DNA of 63,170 nucleotides, filler included, from Bipalium vagum (lineage: Eukaryota): the NCBI GenBank assembly GCA_037834085.1. It is 3 parts of 3 records of this genome, joined end to end, with 100 filler letters (N's around TTAATTAATTAA, not from the genome) between each part and the next. Parts side by side here need not be neighbours in the genome. Positions count along the whole stretch, not along the records: positions 42,839 to 63,170 come from JBBMKC010255115.1; 2 more parts are not named here. One strand, 5' to 3'. Positions 61,891 through 63,170 of the stretch are shown one piece after another. A program made the translations under genes and the position numbers. The notes beneath the pieces are model-generated. The model saw nothing but the letters and a program-made list of their open reading frames with translations, was not told where the DNA came from and did not search any database. Positions within the stretch are counted from its first letter, which is position 1. The number at the start of each line of letters is the position of its first letter.

Positions 61891-63131
61891 TTGTTTTTCA
61901 AAAATATTCTTTTTGTGAGCCAATTTTCAAAAAAATACTTTCTATAGAAATTCAGACATGTTGGAAGCAAAAGATTCGAGCACATCAATACTCTGATTGT
62001 TGTAAAATATCTAAAACAATCACCATGTGTTATCAGCAATTTAGTTAACAATGCGGAGGAGTATAACAAAAACATCATTTGTCTCAAATCTTAATAGAAG
62101 ACATTAGTCAAATAGCAAATAATAAATGCATCTTATCTTATAAAACTATTTATAATTTTTTTCACTAGTTCAGGATTGACTATTAATAGACATGTGGAGA
62201 CTGCGAAAGAACTAGACAATTTGTGTGATTCATTAATAAGAATATTTTTATTTTTCATGCTTAATTTTTATTAATTTTCATGTTCGTGTAAAATAAAAAC
62301 CTCTGAGATCTTAACCATTATTAATAATGTGGAGACTCCCACCTTTAGTCCAACCAAATCAACCAAACCCTTCAAAAACTTCAATCCAATCAAAGCAATC
62401 AAAGCCTTCGAAATAATAACATTATAAAATTGATTTTAAACAGTGATCATTTATTGTTCCATTTTGTGTACAAAAACAAAATATAATTCTGTAATTTTAT
62501 TTATTTATTCCATGTAAGAATTAAAACCCAGAGTTTGATTTTGCTTAATTTTCCTTTTTATCTGTTTAAATCATATAAAATACAAAATAAAATATAAAAT
62601 TATATTAAAAAAAATAATATAAAAATTATTATTATTGTTGTAATTAAATAAAAAATAATCATGTTGATGATTAATTTATAAAATATTTGGATAAAATTGT
62701 TTAGTAACATAAAGTTACTAAATTTGAAAAAAATATTTGTTAATTCAATTTATCATTTTAAAGGTTCAACGATTTGAAATCAATATTTTTATTGTCACTC
62801 GAACTTATATCCGTACATACGCGCACTAAATCCTTCTGAATTTACATATAGTTTATGTTAAGTTCCTAGGAAGTCATTTATCGATCTTTTTAACCCATCT
62901 AAAATCAGAAATCACTTTTTAGAAACAAAAGTAATATTAAAGGATCAGTGGTGGTCATGTTTATAAAGGGAAATAAAAAATGCACTAATGTTGCATCAAC
63001 ACGAACCATTAGATACCATAGTTCAGAAGGCAAAATTGGCAAAAAAATTGTGGAGACTCAAATAGTACATGTAGTATATAGTCGCTCACAATCTCCCGGG
63101 ATAAGCAATAGTACTAGTAATAGTAATTATA

Positions 63132-63170
<39 letters not shown>

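Overview
Very AT-rich animal genomic DNA densely littered with decayed DNA transposons (mariner/Tc1, hAT, piggyBac, MULE-like) and gypsy LTR debris. The strongly diverged proteins and the mix of ~45-55 nt and multi-kb introns suggest a fast-evolving invertebrate, possibly a parasite (inference only). Two spliced host genes can be rebuilt by hand with phase-compatible exons. One is a + strand SAC2/INPP5F-like phosphoinositide phosphatase (3' part with the hSac2 domain, 16644-41281). The other is a - strand OXR1/NCOA7-like TLDc gene (46633 to at least ~61890). The most unusual feature is a repeat family with four copies. It starts TGTGAGATAAATTGAAAA, carries a tRNA-Ala-like 5' half about 25 nt inside the left end, and in two copies (2462-3120, 43950-45775) continues into a PD-(D/E)XK restriction-like endonuclease of the R2/NeSL type with no reverse transcriptase. 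Those two copies end in a shared ...TTTCA(A)CTAACA terminus, giving TG...CA ends with possible 5-6 bp TSDs. Two N-gaps contain an artificial TTAATTAATTAA linker, so adjacency across 15969 and 42783 may not be real. All homology calls are by-eye motif recognition, not database searches.
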